Part shown: positions 24,157 through 37,229 of the stretch, one piece after another
How positions within the stretch are numbered: position 1 is the first letter of the stretch
Layout of the letters: each line of letters opens with the position of its first letter
Origin: Lama glama
Taxonomy: Eukaryota
DNA: 64,000 nucleotides
NCBI GenBank assembly: GCA_028534125.1
Contig: CM052816.1
Coordinates: forward strand, 4,652,001-4,716,000
Direction of reading: 5' to 3'
Notes under the pieces: model-generated
What the model saw: the letters and a program-made list of their open reading frames with translations, nothing else
Database searches by the model: none
Told to the model about the DNA's origin: nothing
Translations under genes and position numbers: made by a program

Positions 24157-24700
24157 GACACACGAAATTTTTAAGTCTAAACTCTTAAAAAAATGCGAGA
24201 CAAATGGTCCCCCATAAGATAGAGACTATTTCAGGAGGCACGATTAGTGCCAACAGTCATTCCTAACAACCAAGTGGAAGGAGCCTCCTGTTTCTCATTA
24301 ACAGCAAGGATCAGACAATCACTAATGAAAAAGAAGGCCCGGCCAAGCGCCCCAAAGTGATAAATTACCTGCACCCCAAAGAGTAAAGGGAACTAAATGG
24401 AAAGTGATTCCTTATCTCCTAGAAGATTAAACCTCAACCTGACCCTATTCATTATAATGAGGTTCTAATAAGGCATATATAAATTTCCAATAATTTTAAC
24501 CAACCAGAACAATACAACTTGATGGCAGGACAGTGGGACAGCTACTGGTGGCCAGGCAAAATATACAGAGCATACTATTTGGAGGAAAGACATCAGATTA
24601 AAAAAATCTTTAAATCCACATGAAAGACAAACTATAGAATAACAAATAAATCTTGATCACAAAGGGGGATTTAGCTTAATGATGAATGGCTTGAGTGTGA
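23640..24700 (+). mobile_element. L1MC-like 3'UTR fragments
   Basis: 'actggaaggagccaggactcctt...aaatggcagtttc...gggacaggaaat' resembles L1MC3/4 3'UTR. Confidence 0.5.
24116..24162. repeat. (AT)n(AC)n compound microsatellite
   Basis: Direct observation. Confidence 0.95.
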
Positions 24701-25740
24701 GTCAACCTGGACCTCATCACCAAACAACTTTTTTTTGTTTGTTTCTTAAACAACTGGACACCCACCCAGATTCTAAAACTTCCATTGTCCTGAAAGTTAT
24801 TTTTTTTTTCTTTTAAGGCTGGTAAATACAACTATAACCCTCGGAAGATATAAAATAATATCTAACAAAACCACTGAAACCCTAAGAAGATAAACTTTGG
24901 AGAAAACAAAAAGATGAAAAGAATAGAGATAATGAGAAAGCAAAATGAAATCCATGATATTCACACTTCAGATTGGATTTTCAATCATAGTATAATAATC
25001 AGATCAGTAATCATTAAAAAGTGTTTGTGTATATTATCTTCTACCCCTTAGGTACTTAATAGCATTTCAAATATTCTGGTATATTCAATTTGTAATAAAC
25101 TCCAAAGGTGTTTATTAAATAAGTTTGCAATCAAGGTTTAAATATTTGGGAAATTTAATTTATTAAATTCATAAGTACTGTTTTATCAATTGTGAAGAAG
25201 GGGACAAATATTTAGATGTGTATTTAGAGAAATGTTTATTTTTAAGTTAACAGGATTTTAAAATCAATCACTACACCCAATATAAATTATAGTGAATCTT
25301 TTTCTCCCAGGAGTCTTTTGGGCATTCACAAATCTATTAATAGCTATCATTTTCCCAGCCTGAGACACCATTAAAATGATATATATTTTTTTTAAAGTTA
25401 CAACCCACAGAAGTGGTAGAAAGGAAATAGCAAGTTCACAGATTTCTTGAACAAAGATATATGGGCATGTGCTAGGTGATGAGCAGAGAAGGTGCAGCCC
25501 AGAGCAAGCCCAGAGGTGGCAGAAGCCAAGAGGAAGCAGGACCGACTGAGCAGCAGAGGATGGGGGAGGGGAGTAGAGCAAAGTCAGGGGGAGGGACAGC
25601 CAGCCCCACCCACACAGAGCCAGGAATTTAACCACTCACCTTCTGGTCCAAAACCTCAAAAAAGCACTCTCGAGAAATTAAAGAAAACATCTGAGGAAAA
25701 CGAGGCTAGCTGACAAGAATATCCAGATTTAAAAGAGGAA

Positions 25741-26347
25741 GAGAAGGGGCTAAGAATATGCCAATCCAAAATTTTCCACTTTGACTTAAGGATTATTTTA
25801 AGCTAAAGGCAACTGAGAAAAGCAGATGTAGAAAAAGTTACCTATCCACTCCCTTTCTGCCTAAAAGCAGGGCATAAATTTCTATTTGTCGAGGGAACAT
25901 TAATTTCCCTTTGTGAAAGTGTCTCGGTCCCCTCTCCCATACCAGGAAGAAGAAATGACTCATCTCTAGGAAGGCACCACCTCGGATCTACATAAACAGA
26001 CCTTACTGATAGAATGCTTACCCTCCATTACTTTCCCACTTATATTTACCTTCCCACAATCTTCCGGCTCTGGAAGCCCAAATCTTTTTTTTTTCATTGT
26101 CTTGTCATATCTCTACAATTTATCACTCTTTGTTAAAATGGTAGACAAGCTCTCAGGTCTAACCACTCCTTTGGGGCTTTCACTTCTTTTCTGTGAAGCC
26201 CTTTGTCATTTAAAAAATATTAATATCAAATAAAATCTGTATGTCTTTTCTCCTATATATCTTTTCTTTCAGCAGTTTAATTTGCAGGGCACCATGGACT
26301 GAACAAAAAAGGGTAGAGGAAAATCTTTTTTTCCCCCTTTCCCTACA
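25741..26347 (+). mobile_element. ERV1 solo LTR (MER34/MER39-like)
   Basis: 'aagaatatgcc...aaggattattttaagctaaaggcaactgagaaaagcag', AATAAA at ~26229, ends 'ttccctaca'. Confidence 0.75.
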
Positions 26348-27849
26348 GTTGCAAGAAAAGGGACATGACATGACTCAAAGGAGTATAGTATTAGGAGTGG
26401 GATTTTTAAACCTTAAGAGAAGAGCGGCCTCAGACAAGGAACATTCTCACCACCTCTGAAAAAATCCTCCAAACTGGCAACTGATCACCTGACCTCAGGG
26501 CCTACTCGTCAAACCATTATCTTCCAGAGCATCAGTGAACATTAACGAATTTAGAATGAGGAGAGTTCTCAGATTTACTCTGTTCTACCCTCTCTGGGGC
26601 TGAGAAGATAACGCGACATGGAAAAAGTCAGACTAAGGGACAGTGACCGCGGGAAAGCCACACCACTGCACGGCGCCAGAGTTGGGGTTTTGACTCCCAG
26701 TTCAATACTGGTGTAAGCAGGGTAGTAAGGTGAGGGTTCACATGGAATCTAGAAGCACAATTAAAACCACCTTCCCCCGCGCCCTCCCCAAAATTCCTCC
26801 TCCATATAAAATTCCAAACACACATAAATGAAATTTTAAGGGAAGACCAGATGTTGAATTTGCAGTCCCTCTGACAAACATCCACCAAGCCTACTGAACC
26901 AGAGGAATGCTTCCCTCACTTCAAAAATAAAGATATAAGAACTCTTAGCATGTTGTTCATGGTCACGAAGCCACCATTGCTTGAATAGATGAGATTCACA
27001 GACGTTCATATACTTGAGTAGAGAGGAATACAATTCGTCATTTAAGAAAAAGTATACAGAAAAGAGGAAGGTTACAGAAGGCTAGAAGTACTTTTCTTTT
27101 CTTTCCTTTTTTTTTTTTTTTTGACTTGCAATGAATCAAAGGTGTGAATACTAACAATCCTCAATCACAGTCCACAAAGCATCAGCCTGGTGTCAGGAGG
27201 CACCTGGAGCACTCAGACTGTCCTTGAAGGCACTGCAGCTCTTCCACAGACCTCGGAGAACTTCATTTTCTTCTCCGGTCCTTGGTTTTCACACGTGAAA
27301 ACTGAGGGGATTGAACAGCCCAGATAATTCTTGAGTTTCTTTCTTACTTCTTCCCACTTCTAATATCCTGTATCACAGTACCATTAGTCCTCCTTTTTTA
27401 AGTTTATTCTTTTCTTCCTTAGACATGACCACTAACTTGTGCAAAAATTCCCTTGTATCCAAAGTATAAAACAGCTAGAACTGAGATCTCCTGGCCAGTT
27501 AAATGCAAACTATGAGTATCTGACCTTCCTAATGGAATGAGGAACCCGGTCGGGCTAGCCAAAAGCTGTGAAAACACCCTAATCCAGAACAATATGGAAG
27601 CCGGCATCTAGAGGAGACGTTTAGAAACGTACAGAAAATCTTAGCGTAAGCCCCCAAACAATATTTCTGGATACAGAGTCAAGTTTATGAAGGGAGAACC
27701 ATTTCCCAAATTTGGAATAGGCCCCTGGCCGGAAATAACTTGATTCAGTAAACTTCGGTAAGTTTCTAGATTGTGCAAATCTCTGTGCACAGAGCTGCGG
27801 ATGACACTAAGAGGGTTCAACCAGGGCCCCATTCCTGGGTTCATAATAC

Positions 27850-28060
27850 AGTACAGTTCAGCCATTAAGAGCATGGGTTTGGCACTCCTTCCTGACGTCA
27901 CCTCCTTCTAGTTTTGTGAGTTTAGCCAAGTTACCTAATGTTTCTAAGCCTCCATTTCACCTTCTGTAAAATGGGGGTGATAGTGGTAAAGCATAATGCA
28001 TCTTGAGCACTTAGCACAATGTCTCAGGCACAGTGAATTATCAATACATATGAACTTACA
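27850..28060 (+). mobile_element. MIR SINE
   Basis: 'ttaagagcatggg...caagttacctaatgtttctaagcctccatttcaccttctgtaaaatgggg'. Confidence 0.8.
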
Positions 28061-29004
28061 TGCTATCTATGTTGTAAATAGCGGGCCAGGCAAAAAACAA
28101 ACGGGTAATATAATCAAAGGCGAGATGGGGTAAGTGTTACACTAAAGGTACAAGTAAACTGTCAGGAAAGCAGAGGCAGGAGAAACGAAGCCAGGAGTTT
28201 ACAGTAAGGAAGTACAGAACCACCTGCGAACAGTAGCCAAAGCAGAGAAAGATAGAGTTCAGACTTGTATTCTTTCCTGGGACCCGAGATCAAACCTCAA
28301 AGTTATTTCACCATTTGCAAAAGAAAACCTCTCCAGCATCAGAAAAGTTTAAAAATTCCTGAGTGGCAAAGGAGTTTGAATGATGTGATGACCACAGGAC
28401 ACTGAGGCAGACTCTGGGGCTTTTCAGGGTCAGGAGGCTAACTTGCCAAGTAATGAATGAGGAAGAAATGTTAGGATTCAGTCAGAGAATAAGCTGGTCC
28501 CTGAAAGCCTGAGGGAATGAAAAACACCCCTCACCTCCACACTCTGATTGGTGTCTTTGTTCCTCTGTGTGATATAAGATCTGTTCTGACCCAATTTTCA
28601 AGCAATAAATAACTACTCAAATAACCAGCACCTTATGAAACAGCTAATATGAATAGTCCATTTCACAGATGTGGTAAGTAAAACAGAGAGGGCATGTAAC
28701 AAAGGTCATATAACCAGTCACATAACCAAGAGGACCTTGTCCGATGGTTCACCACCCTAGTGCCTAGAGGACTGGTGAGCACCTAGTGGGTACTGTGCAG
28801 ATGTGTGCTGAACGAAAGGGCTGAGGAACCTGGGGTTCATACTCAGCACTGCACAGCTGGCCCATCCACGACTCTCACTGCCTTTCTTGTTAATAATGGG
28901 TAGTCATGTGTCCTAGTGATTGCTTGCAAGCCTCACTTGGGTATCTGTAAACCCTAAGGTTTTAATCAAAGGCCAATGTTCATTATTAACTTTTTCCAAA
29001 GCTA

Positions 29005-29220
29005 ACAGTTAATGAGCACTTACCAAGTCCCAGGAACTCTGCTAACCACTTTGCATGGTAATTCCTCTAACCTTCATATCTACTCCTTGGTCAGATTACT
29101 AGTAATATTTCTATTTTCAAGACAGAAAACTGAGGCACAGAGGAATTAAGAAAAATGACAGAGCTTGTATTCAAATCCAGGCAGTATGACACCAGAGTCC
29201 ACTCTGATAACCACCCCAGC
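29005..29220 (-). mobile_element. MIR SINE
   Basis: 'aatgagcacttacc...gaaaactgaggcacagag...attcaaatccaggcagtatgacaccagagtcc'. Confidence 0.8.
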
Positions 29221-30019
29221 ACATGTTAAACTTCCTTCACAACTTCACTGTGGGCATTAATCAAGTTGACTTTCAGTCCCTGACCAAAGAAGTAACAAAT
29301 AGTGTGTCTTTTCTCCTCTTAGAATAAATCTTGATTGTGAGTCTCCATGCAGTGACTTTTGGGGGAAGCTATGCTGACCCCAACCATAAAACTAGATTCC
29401 AGGAGGAGGAAGGAATGGAGCCAGTGTGAGTGATGAATGGGTGGGATATTGAATGTGAGAGGAGCAGCCGTGAGAGACAGCAGCTGCCCTGTTCATCTTT
29501 TACCTGCTTCCTCTCCTTGTAAGGAACTCACCCTAGTACATTTTAATGAAAGGCTGATTTGGGCCATGATTTAGTGGGTTTCTTAAACATGTGTCTTTCA
29601 GAGATGTGCCTGCAAGACTTCACTTCCCCTGACCTTGGAAGTTCAAAGGCAGAGTCAGGCTCCGCCCTGCAGCACTGTAGGCAGTTGCCTAGGAGATGGG
29701 ATTTCAGTGGGTGGGCAATGCTCTTTCCTGGGAAAAAGGGGAGGGGGAAATGCCAACCCTTCCCACTCTGTGAAAGCTGCAACTCTTGGAAGAGGGGGAA
29801 AAATAACTTTTATTCCACAATGACAGATGGGGCTTATAGGCAAAAACCCATGAGAGATGAAATACAGTGATTTCAATTCACGTTAAAGAAGAAAGAGCTA
29901 TTATCAAAGCATTTCCTGAGAGTCCCTGTGAATAGAAGACAGCAAACAGGGAAGAATGGGGCTCCTATGGGAGACAACGAGGCGGGCACGGGATGGGGAG
30001 TACCCCATTTCACAAACGA

Positions 30020-30650
30020 GGCCCCAAGCACCCTCCCTGCCTCACCTTCAGGCCTCCACAGCTTGCCTCTGTGTACCTCCGTAAGGGTTCCCTACCTGGG
30101 ACCCTGCCCCATCTTATTATGCAAATTCCTCCTGCTCATCTTCCAAGACCCTAAATGAATGGGTCTCTGCATATCTTCCCTCACCTTTCCACATGGCTCC
30201 TCCATTCCTGCCCTACCCCTACACTTTGTACATCCTTTGGCCATCTTATTCATGTTAACTTTTAAAAGGAAAAGGAGGCAAAGAGGGCAAGGCGAGAAAG
30301 GAGGAGAAAGGCACCATTTACTTTATTTCACGTTGGAACTATTTTGAGAAGGTAGGTACAGTTATTTCCAAACTACCTATGAAGAAACAGCCTTATAGAT
30401 GTTAAGTAACTTGTCCAGGTCACACGGACAGAGCAGAGCCAAAACTACCCTGTTGGCCATCTAATTCAATCTTGCATTAAGTGCTCTTCCTTATCAGATT
30501 TTATCATCCACTGTTTTTATGGTCATCTTTCCTGGTAGACCATGAATTCACTCCTTGAAGCAGGACTTCTGATAAATTTATTGCTTCATATCCCACTGTG
30601 CCCAGAACAGTGCATGGCGCAGACTAGGTAAAGGTTTGCTCAAAGGAGGA
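30020..30650 (+). mobile_element. L2 fragments interrupted by a MIR (~30310-30440)
   Basis: 'ctcctgctcatcttccaagacc', 'ccttgaagcaggact...cccactgtgcccagaacagtgcatggc'. Confidence 0.6.
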
Positions 30651-31149
30651 GGGAGATGAAAAAGGAGGAAGGGAGGAAAGAAGCAAGGAATAAAAGTGAT
30701 TTGATGAACAAAGAGATTGTCAAAGAGATGGTGGGGGAAGATCTTACTGCTATAGTCCGGTGTGTGCAAGCAAAGTTATCCCAGTGAATCCACACATAGG
30801 TCCTGGCGCTATGTGACCAGCTCTGCAAAGTCTGAAACAGGCAAGCATGGGCTGCAAACACAGTGGCAGGATCACATTAACCTTAAACAGTGTCTGGTGC
30901 AGATTATACCTTCTATCTGCTATGAACACAACTCTTTCAAGAATTTTATCTAGTAGCTGAGGCAATCTTGTTCTATGGGGAAATGCTTTTTTTTTTTTTT
31001 TTTTTTAACAGTCACTGAGCCAGAGCCATTCACTGTGCTCAGGGCAATGATTTCCAATTGCTTTGCAAATTCTGACAGCCTAGCTGGGCTTGGCCTCAAG
31101 ATAGCGGACCCCCATCTTCAATAGCACTGGACAGCAAGCATTTTATCAT

Positions 31150-31790
31150 CATTGCTTTTGCCGATTACCAACATAAAGACAGCTCGTTGCAAGATTTCAA
31201 ATGATGCTGAAATGTGTAACTTATAAAGTATAAGTTCCTCTACTTCTCTCCCAGCTTCCACCCTGTCCCTCTCTTGGAGATAACCGCAAAGAACCACTGG
31301 CACACACAAATAAATATATGGTCCTTGACACAGAGGGGACACCAGACTACACACAGTCCTACAGCTTGCTTGTCTCACTTAACCAATTCTGGACACCTTC
31401 CCACGTCAGTTCAAAATCTTTTTCATTCTTGTTAGTCTCTGCATCATCCTCCACTGTGGGAATATGCCTTTATTTAACCATTCTCCTACTGATAAATATT
31501 AGAGCTGGTTCTTTTTTTTTTTCTATTAAAACAAGGCTAAAATAAAGATCTCTCTGGAGATGTCGACAGGGATGTAGAGGATACAGGTGTAGATACAGAT
31601 AAGATTATCTGCATATAGATACAGATGATATATGGAGTCACATGCAAATATTCTGTAGCATAGATTTCTGGGGTGAGATTTCTGGGTCAACAGGCATGCA
31701 TAACTAATATGACAAATTTTAACAGATATGACAAATTATCCTTGGAAAAACCTGCACTAGTATATGCTCCCCTCATGTAATACAAGTGAT
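31150..31790 (-). mobile_element. L1ME-like fragment, antisense
   Basis: 'ttatttaaccattctcctactgataaatatt', 'gatttctgggtcaacaggcatgc'. Confidence 0.6.
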
Positions 31791-32519
31791 GAAAAGAACA
31801 CTTCGGGGAGTGTGACCCAGGTAACAAACTTATTTTTTAGGAGATTTGCTTGCCTTTGTTATAAAATTAGAACATCTCTAAGATTTCAAATCTGTGTGGA
31901 GAGGGTGCAAGGTGTTTTTAAAAAAAAAAACTTAGAAATCATCCCTTTGAGATCATTATCCCAGGACTCTGGAAGCATTCTGGTGAATCCCAAAGGTGCC
32001 CCGCATATTAACTGCCCTCCAAGTGTAGAAAAGGCAGAAAGTATTTCCCATTCCCACTCTGCCCACTCCTCAGTCCCACACATGGACTTGCTCATGTGGG
32101 CTCATCAAATCCTTGGGCTCCAGTCTCAGATGCCGCCGGGGCCAGAAGGTGATGGCAGGAATAGAACAAGCCACAGCAACTCAAGTTGAGTGGATCCAAA
32201 CTCTCTACTGTTAAGTTGCATCAAAGACTTTAGCATTTGCCTATCACGTTTTCATGCCAGCTGGCCAGGGAGGAGCTAACTTACTAGAGAAAGAACACGG
32301 TAAGAGCTGTGTATCATTTCGGCCACAGGTAAAACCCAGAAGTCAGATTTCATCTCCTTGGCATTAGCATAAAGTGCCTGGCTCCTCTGCTCTTTTCACG
32401 GAAACAGGAAACCATCCCACTTGTCCTGTCTCTTACGCCTCCTCAGCACCTCCATCATTTTCCTAAGCTCATTTTTTTCTCTGATGCTGAAGAGGAAAAA
32501 AATAAAGGGGGGGGGTCTT

Positions 32520-32700
32520 TCGTGTAGGTAATAAATGAACCCCTGACTTTGGAAGAGGGGTAATTAGTGCACATTATCACTTGGGCTAATGAGATCAGAG
32601 TGGTGCTGTCCGCTCCCAACACGCCTAATCAAGAATTTAAATTAAGAAGTCCCACTCTCTGTGATTAAGGAGATATTCACTGAAACACTGCACTCTCAAT
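32520..32700. promoter_or_regulatory. Candidate conserved non-coding element
   Basis: Non-repeat block with clustered TAAT/ATTA cores (ggtaataaat, gtaattag, gctaatga, ctaatcaa, aaattaag, gtgattaa). Confidence 0.35.
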
Positions 32701-33289
32701 TCCTTTGTATTTTCATTCACCGACTCAGTATCAAATGTTTCATGACACTGAAAATATGCTTAGTTTAAGAGGAACAGATGCCCAATCTCCTTGTGCTCAT
32801 TTAGAGAGACAACCTGATTTTTCTTTATCTGGGGTGCTATCAGTCAAGATTACACACAGACACAGAGACACACAAATGATTCTAACCGGATTTGGTTGAA
32901 ATTGTTTCTTTATGAGCTATATAAACAGAGCTTTAACGAAAATCTCACTGCTGTGGGAAAAAAAAAAAAAGGAAGGGGTTAGACTCAAGAGGGAGTAGAA
33001 AGGGGAGGGAGTGGAAGGGGATGTGTTTACATTTACCATCATAAAAAAAACTTCTTATTTTATTTGGATAATCATTCTGGCAGGGAATGAGTTACCCCTG
33101 AATAATCTAACAATGAATTCCTACTCTATCTGATCCTCTTCTAGACATCGTTGCATGGAGATGGTCCAATTTGATGGAAGGAGATCAATTTTTGTACTCA
33201 GATCTGGATTTAAATCTGTCTCAGTCACTACCTAAAAAAAGATGTTACACAAGACAGTTAAAAGACTCTTGGCCTGAATTTCATCATAA

Positions 33290-34075
33290 GCCAGACTGTA
33301 TCAAAATTAAGAGCTTCTCTTCATTAACAGGCAGCATCAAGAGAGTGAAAAGACGAGCCACAAATGCAGAGAAACTGTTTGCAATGAATAAAACAACAAC
33401 AAACAACCAAGTATTCAGAACATGTAACAATATCCGAAAAACACGAACAACCAAATAGAAAAATGGCCAAAAGGCTTGAACAGGCACTTTACAAAAAGAA
33501 AATTCAAACAGCTAATAAATACATGAAAAGATACTCAATCTCATTAGAAATTGGAGAAATGCAAACCATTGAAATGCAACCGAATGAAATCCCAAGATTC
33601 TATTTCACACACATCAGAAAGGGCGGGGAGGGGAGTGGGGAGGGAGTCTAGTAATACCAGAAAGTAAGAAGAACGGAGAACAACGGAATGTTCATACATT
33701 GCTAGTGGAAGTGGATTTGTTATTACCACTTTAAGAAATTATTTGGCATTAAACCTGAACTACAGAACTACTTGGTAATAAGCTTGAAGAGGACATACTC
33801 CATGATCCAACAGTTTTCAAGTTTCTACTTCAGGTACCTGCTCTTAAGCTGCTGCAAATGTAGACCAGCCTTCAATATATATTTATAGCAGTGCTGTTCA
33901 TACTAATAAAAAAAATCTGTAGAGTTGGTAATTTGTGACACACTCACACTCTGAAGTCGGGGAAAGGACTGAAAGTTACAACACGAATGAGCCTCTGGAG
34001 CATAATGTGAAACAAAAGCAATTTGTAAAATCATTCACATAGCATGATTCTATTTACATAAAACATGCAAAACTA
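33290..34075 (+). mobile_element. L1ME ORF2 C-terminal/3'UTR fragment
   Basis: Peptides DCIKIKSFSS..IKRVKRRATNAEKLFA and KKIQTANKYMKRYSISL..EMQ match the L1 ORF2p C-terminal region. Confidence 0.85.
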
Positions 34076-35249
34076 AGGCCCGTGTCCAGCCCAACAGTTT
34101 GGCTTCAGAGCCTATCACTTATAAACACAAACCCATCTTCAGCAGAGAGTGAGGGCAAGGAGAGGCAGAACAAAGGGATAAGACAAGTGGCTACCGGGGA
34201 GGACTCATCCGGGAACCACCTGGAGCTCATGAACAGACACTGCAGAGGTGTCTGGGGAGGGAAGTCGAGTGGGTGAGGAGGCTGAGGGAAGAGACGGCAG
34301 TGGCCCACCTCTCTACAAGTCACGCTTGGTACATTAGCTTCGAGGGGTTTTGCTGATTCTGCTATGAGAAGATATCTTAATACTTGGAGCCCATGAACCA
34401 GCACGGAAGCCAGCAGGCTCTTCCAGGCCAGCCTAATGAGTCAGGTGTGCCTTCAAAGAGCAGGCAGCTGGGATGTGTCGGCTTGCCCCCGGCCTTAAGT
34501 CCCATGGTAACGCTGGGCTGCAGTCAGGATGCCCCCTCACACCTGGGCATAGTGGTCCCTCTTCTGCTTCTCTAAAGAGGGAAAATGGAGAAGAAACAAG
34601 CAGACATGCGGCACCAGCAACAGACCATGGAAACAACACAGGATCACGTCTCATCCACGCTGCAGCCGTTTGCAGCAGTTAAGGTGATCCCCATTTAGCA
34701 GCAAGGACATCAATGCCAAGAGAAGCAACTCGCTTACAGCCATGCAGCTAGAAAGCACCTCGACTGGCATTCACACCTAAGTCTACCGGCCCCAGAACCC
34801 CAGCAGCATTCTTTCAGGTATCGAAACTACCTCCTGGCAGCCCAAAGCTGGAGGCCATGCTGAACCTCAAAGATGGGAGGTCGAGTAAGGATGGAAGACA
34901 ATATAGAAGAGTATAAAGTGTCAGATGTCACATCCACTACTAGAAAAAAACGGAAAACCAGTATGCCCAAGACATACCAGTTGGGAGAGAAGAAACACAC
35001 ACTTAGGAGATTTTATTATAGGAGAGGATTTGTGAGAGGAGATTAGGGAAAACCCAGAGCTGAAAAAGAAGAAAAATGTAATAAAAATTACGGGTCTCAG
35101 AAAACTCTCATCCTAAACCTTGTTGAGACCAGAAGTCGGTAATCTCTCTATTTAGATCGGGGTCATGGTACCCAGTACTGGGCTTCCTGCCCCAAATCCC
35201 TCAAAGTAAATTCAAGCACCTCAGCTCACTCCCATCCCCTCATCCTGGA

Positions 35250-35460
35250 GAAGTTAATAAATTAGCTATCAGAGGCTGTTTCTGTCTCCCTGCTCACCCG
35301 ATTAATGATAATCTACTGGGGATGAACAATGTTCAGGCTGATGCCCGTGGAATGCTAAGGGAATTCCAATTAATTCCTCAGAAACCAACTCTCCTTTGAC
35401 AGGTTCCTCTGCCGAAAGCCCTTGCATTTATCTCAGCCAAACAAAGCTGTAATGTGATCC
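35250..35460. promoter_or_regulatory. Candidate conserved non-coding element
   Basis: 'gttaataaattagc', 'ccgattaatgataatc', 'gaacaatg' (SOX-like), 'caattaatt', 'tttgacag'. Confidence 0.35.
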
Positions 35461-35704
35461 AAAGCCTTTAGAAAAGGCAGCCTTTGCCTTATACCGGGCA
35501 CTGTGGGTGTGAACCGGTCACCGCAGCTAGGGGTCCGCCCGGAGTAGGAAAGCAGTGGGGGCTCCCTGCATATCTCATGCCCCAGTACTGAAACTCACCC
35601 AACATCTCACTCATTTCCATGACTAACTAGTCTCTCCACAGTCTTCACCCCAAATACCACTCACTGTATCACTTTAGGAGTTTGCACTTGGTACCGGATG
35701 CTGT

Positions 35705-35930
35705 GGGGTGTTGGGTAGTGGTTAGGAGCACTGCTTTTGGGGTGAGACTGTCCTGATTGGAAATCTGGCTCTGTCTTTTACCAGCTGCATGGTCTTGAAC
35801 AAGTTGCTTAACTCTTTTGATTCTCAGTTCCACTAGCTATAAGGCAGTTATAAGAATAATTCTACGCATAGAAGGATTACAGGACTAAAGTCCCTATAGC
35901 TCAATGGACCATTAACAGTTTTGATTACTA
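35705..35930 (+). mobile_element. MIR SINE
   Basis: 'gtagtggttaggagcactgcttt...cttgaacaagttgcttaactc...tctcagttcc'. Confidence 0.85.
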
Positions 35931-35939
35931 TTATTCTAT

Positions 35940-36090
35940 AATTACCTCATTTCAGCTGGTAAAGTGGGTATTACTACTCCCACTTTACATCTGAAGAAAC
36001 CAAGCCTCAGCAGTAAAGCCATTTATTTACCCAAGGACATAGCTCGTTACTGGCAGAGCCAGGATTCACACCTACTTCAAGATACCACCA
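35940..36090 (-). mobile_element. MIR SINE fragment
   Basis: 'tattactactcccactttacatctgaagaaac...ggcagagccaggattcaca'. Confidence 0.7.
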
Positions 36091-36106
36091 AGACTAGGTT
36101 GTCTCT

Positions 36107-36331
36107 CAAGAAGTTGGGGTATATTTATACAAGGAAACACTACTCAGCCATAAAAAAGAATAAAATAATACCATTTGCAGCAACATGGATGGACCTAGAG
36201 ATCATCATTTTAAGTGAAGTAAGCCAGAAAGAGAAAGAAAAACACCATATGATATCACTTATATGTGGAGTCTAAAAAAAAGAAGAAAGAAGCCACTATT
36301 GAATTTATCTACAAAACAGAAACAGATTCAC
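36107..36331 (+). mobile_element. Young L1 internal piece lacking 3' end and poly(A), with 16-bp TSD
   Basis: Encodes YSAIKKNKIIPFAATWMDLEIIILSEVSQKEKEKHHMISLICG (L1 ORF2p C-terminus); flanked by agactaggttgtctct / agactaggacgtctct. Confidence 0.85.
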
Positions 36332-37229
36332 AGACTAGGACGTCTCTTCTCCAGACTTGTCTCTGGTGTTTCTCCCAGATTTACTTGCAAGCCATCTTTC
36401 TGAGACAGAGAAAGGGAGCCTTCATTTCAAGACTCTCTTCTGACACCTCTCAGAGGGAAGGAAGCCTCTCTCCAAGAGGCTCCACCTTGATTCAGAAGAG
36501 AGGAGTTCTCTCACAAGGCTGGAGGAGCAAGCCCAGGGTGCTGTGTATCACCAAAGAGCTAGACCCCTGCCTAGTGACAGGCAGCTCTCCTCCACCCCAC
36601 CCACTCCTCGTGTGGGCACAGACAACCGCATGCACCACTAGGACAGCTCGAGGAAGCAGGCTCTCTCAGCACAGCCAGGACCCCAGTTTCAGAAATGTGT
36701 GGTAAAACCCCAAGATCATGAAAATCTGATTAGGAACTTAGAGGAAAAAATAAAAAGTCGGAAAGATAGCTCTTATCCTTCAGATGATTTCCATGAAGCC
36801 CAGTTTTTCCATTGGGATGTTGACCCTTTGGACAGTTTGGGTTAACAGCAACGCAGTCTGGTGCTTCGTAAACGGTCAACTGCAATGTTCACCTGTCGGT
36901 CGCCAGTCTTGTAGGAAGTAGCTATGGGAACCCCCATTCCACAAGTTTGGAAGGAAATCATTATCTAGTTATTATCAACTTCAAAGGCTAGAAATGGCCC
37001 CCCAAAGGTACCAGTTCCCCTTAGTAATCTTTACGTTTGGAGATCATACATTTACGTAATTGTTCCAAATACCTCTCTAGTCTCCAACATTTGCAAACTC
37101 TTTTCTTATGCAGAAGAAGCTAGACTCTTTGACGTCTCCCCAGTGACCTTTATCAATAGTAAGAGACAGTAGCATCCTATCAGTAAGCTTATATGAGAGG
37201 AAGCTAAGCAAATCTGGCCAGCACAAGGG

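Noticed and set aside
24900..25440. AT-rich stretch considered as a possible old transposase remnant
   Set aside because: No peptide motif or terminal inverted repeat could be identified.
35964..36275. 103-aa ORF with a protein-like C-terminal half
   Set aside because: Chance fusion of MIR sequence with the L1 ORF2p C-terminus.
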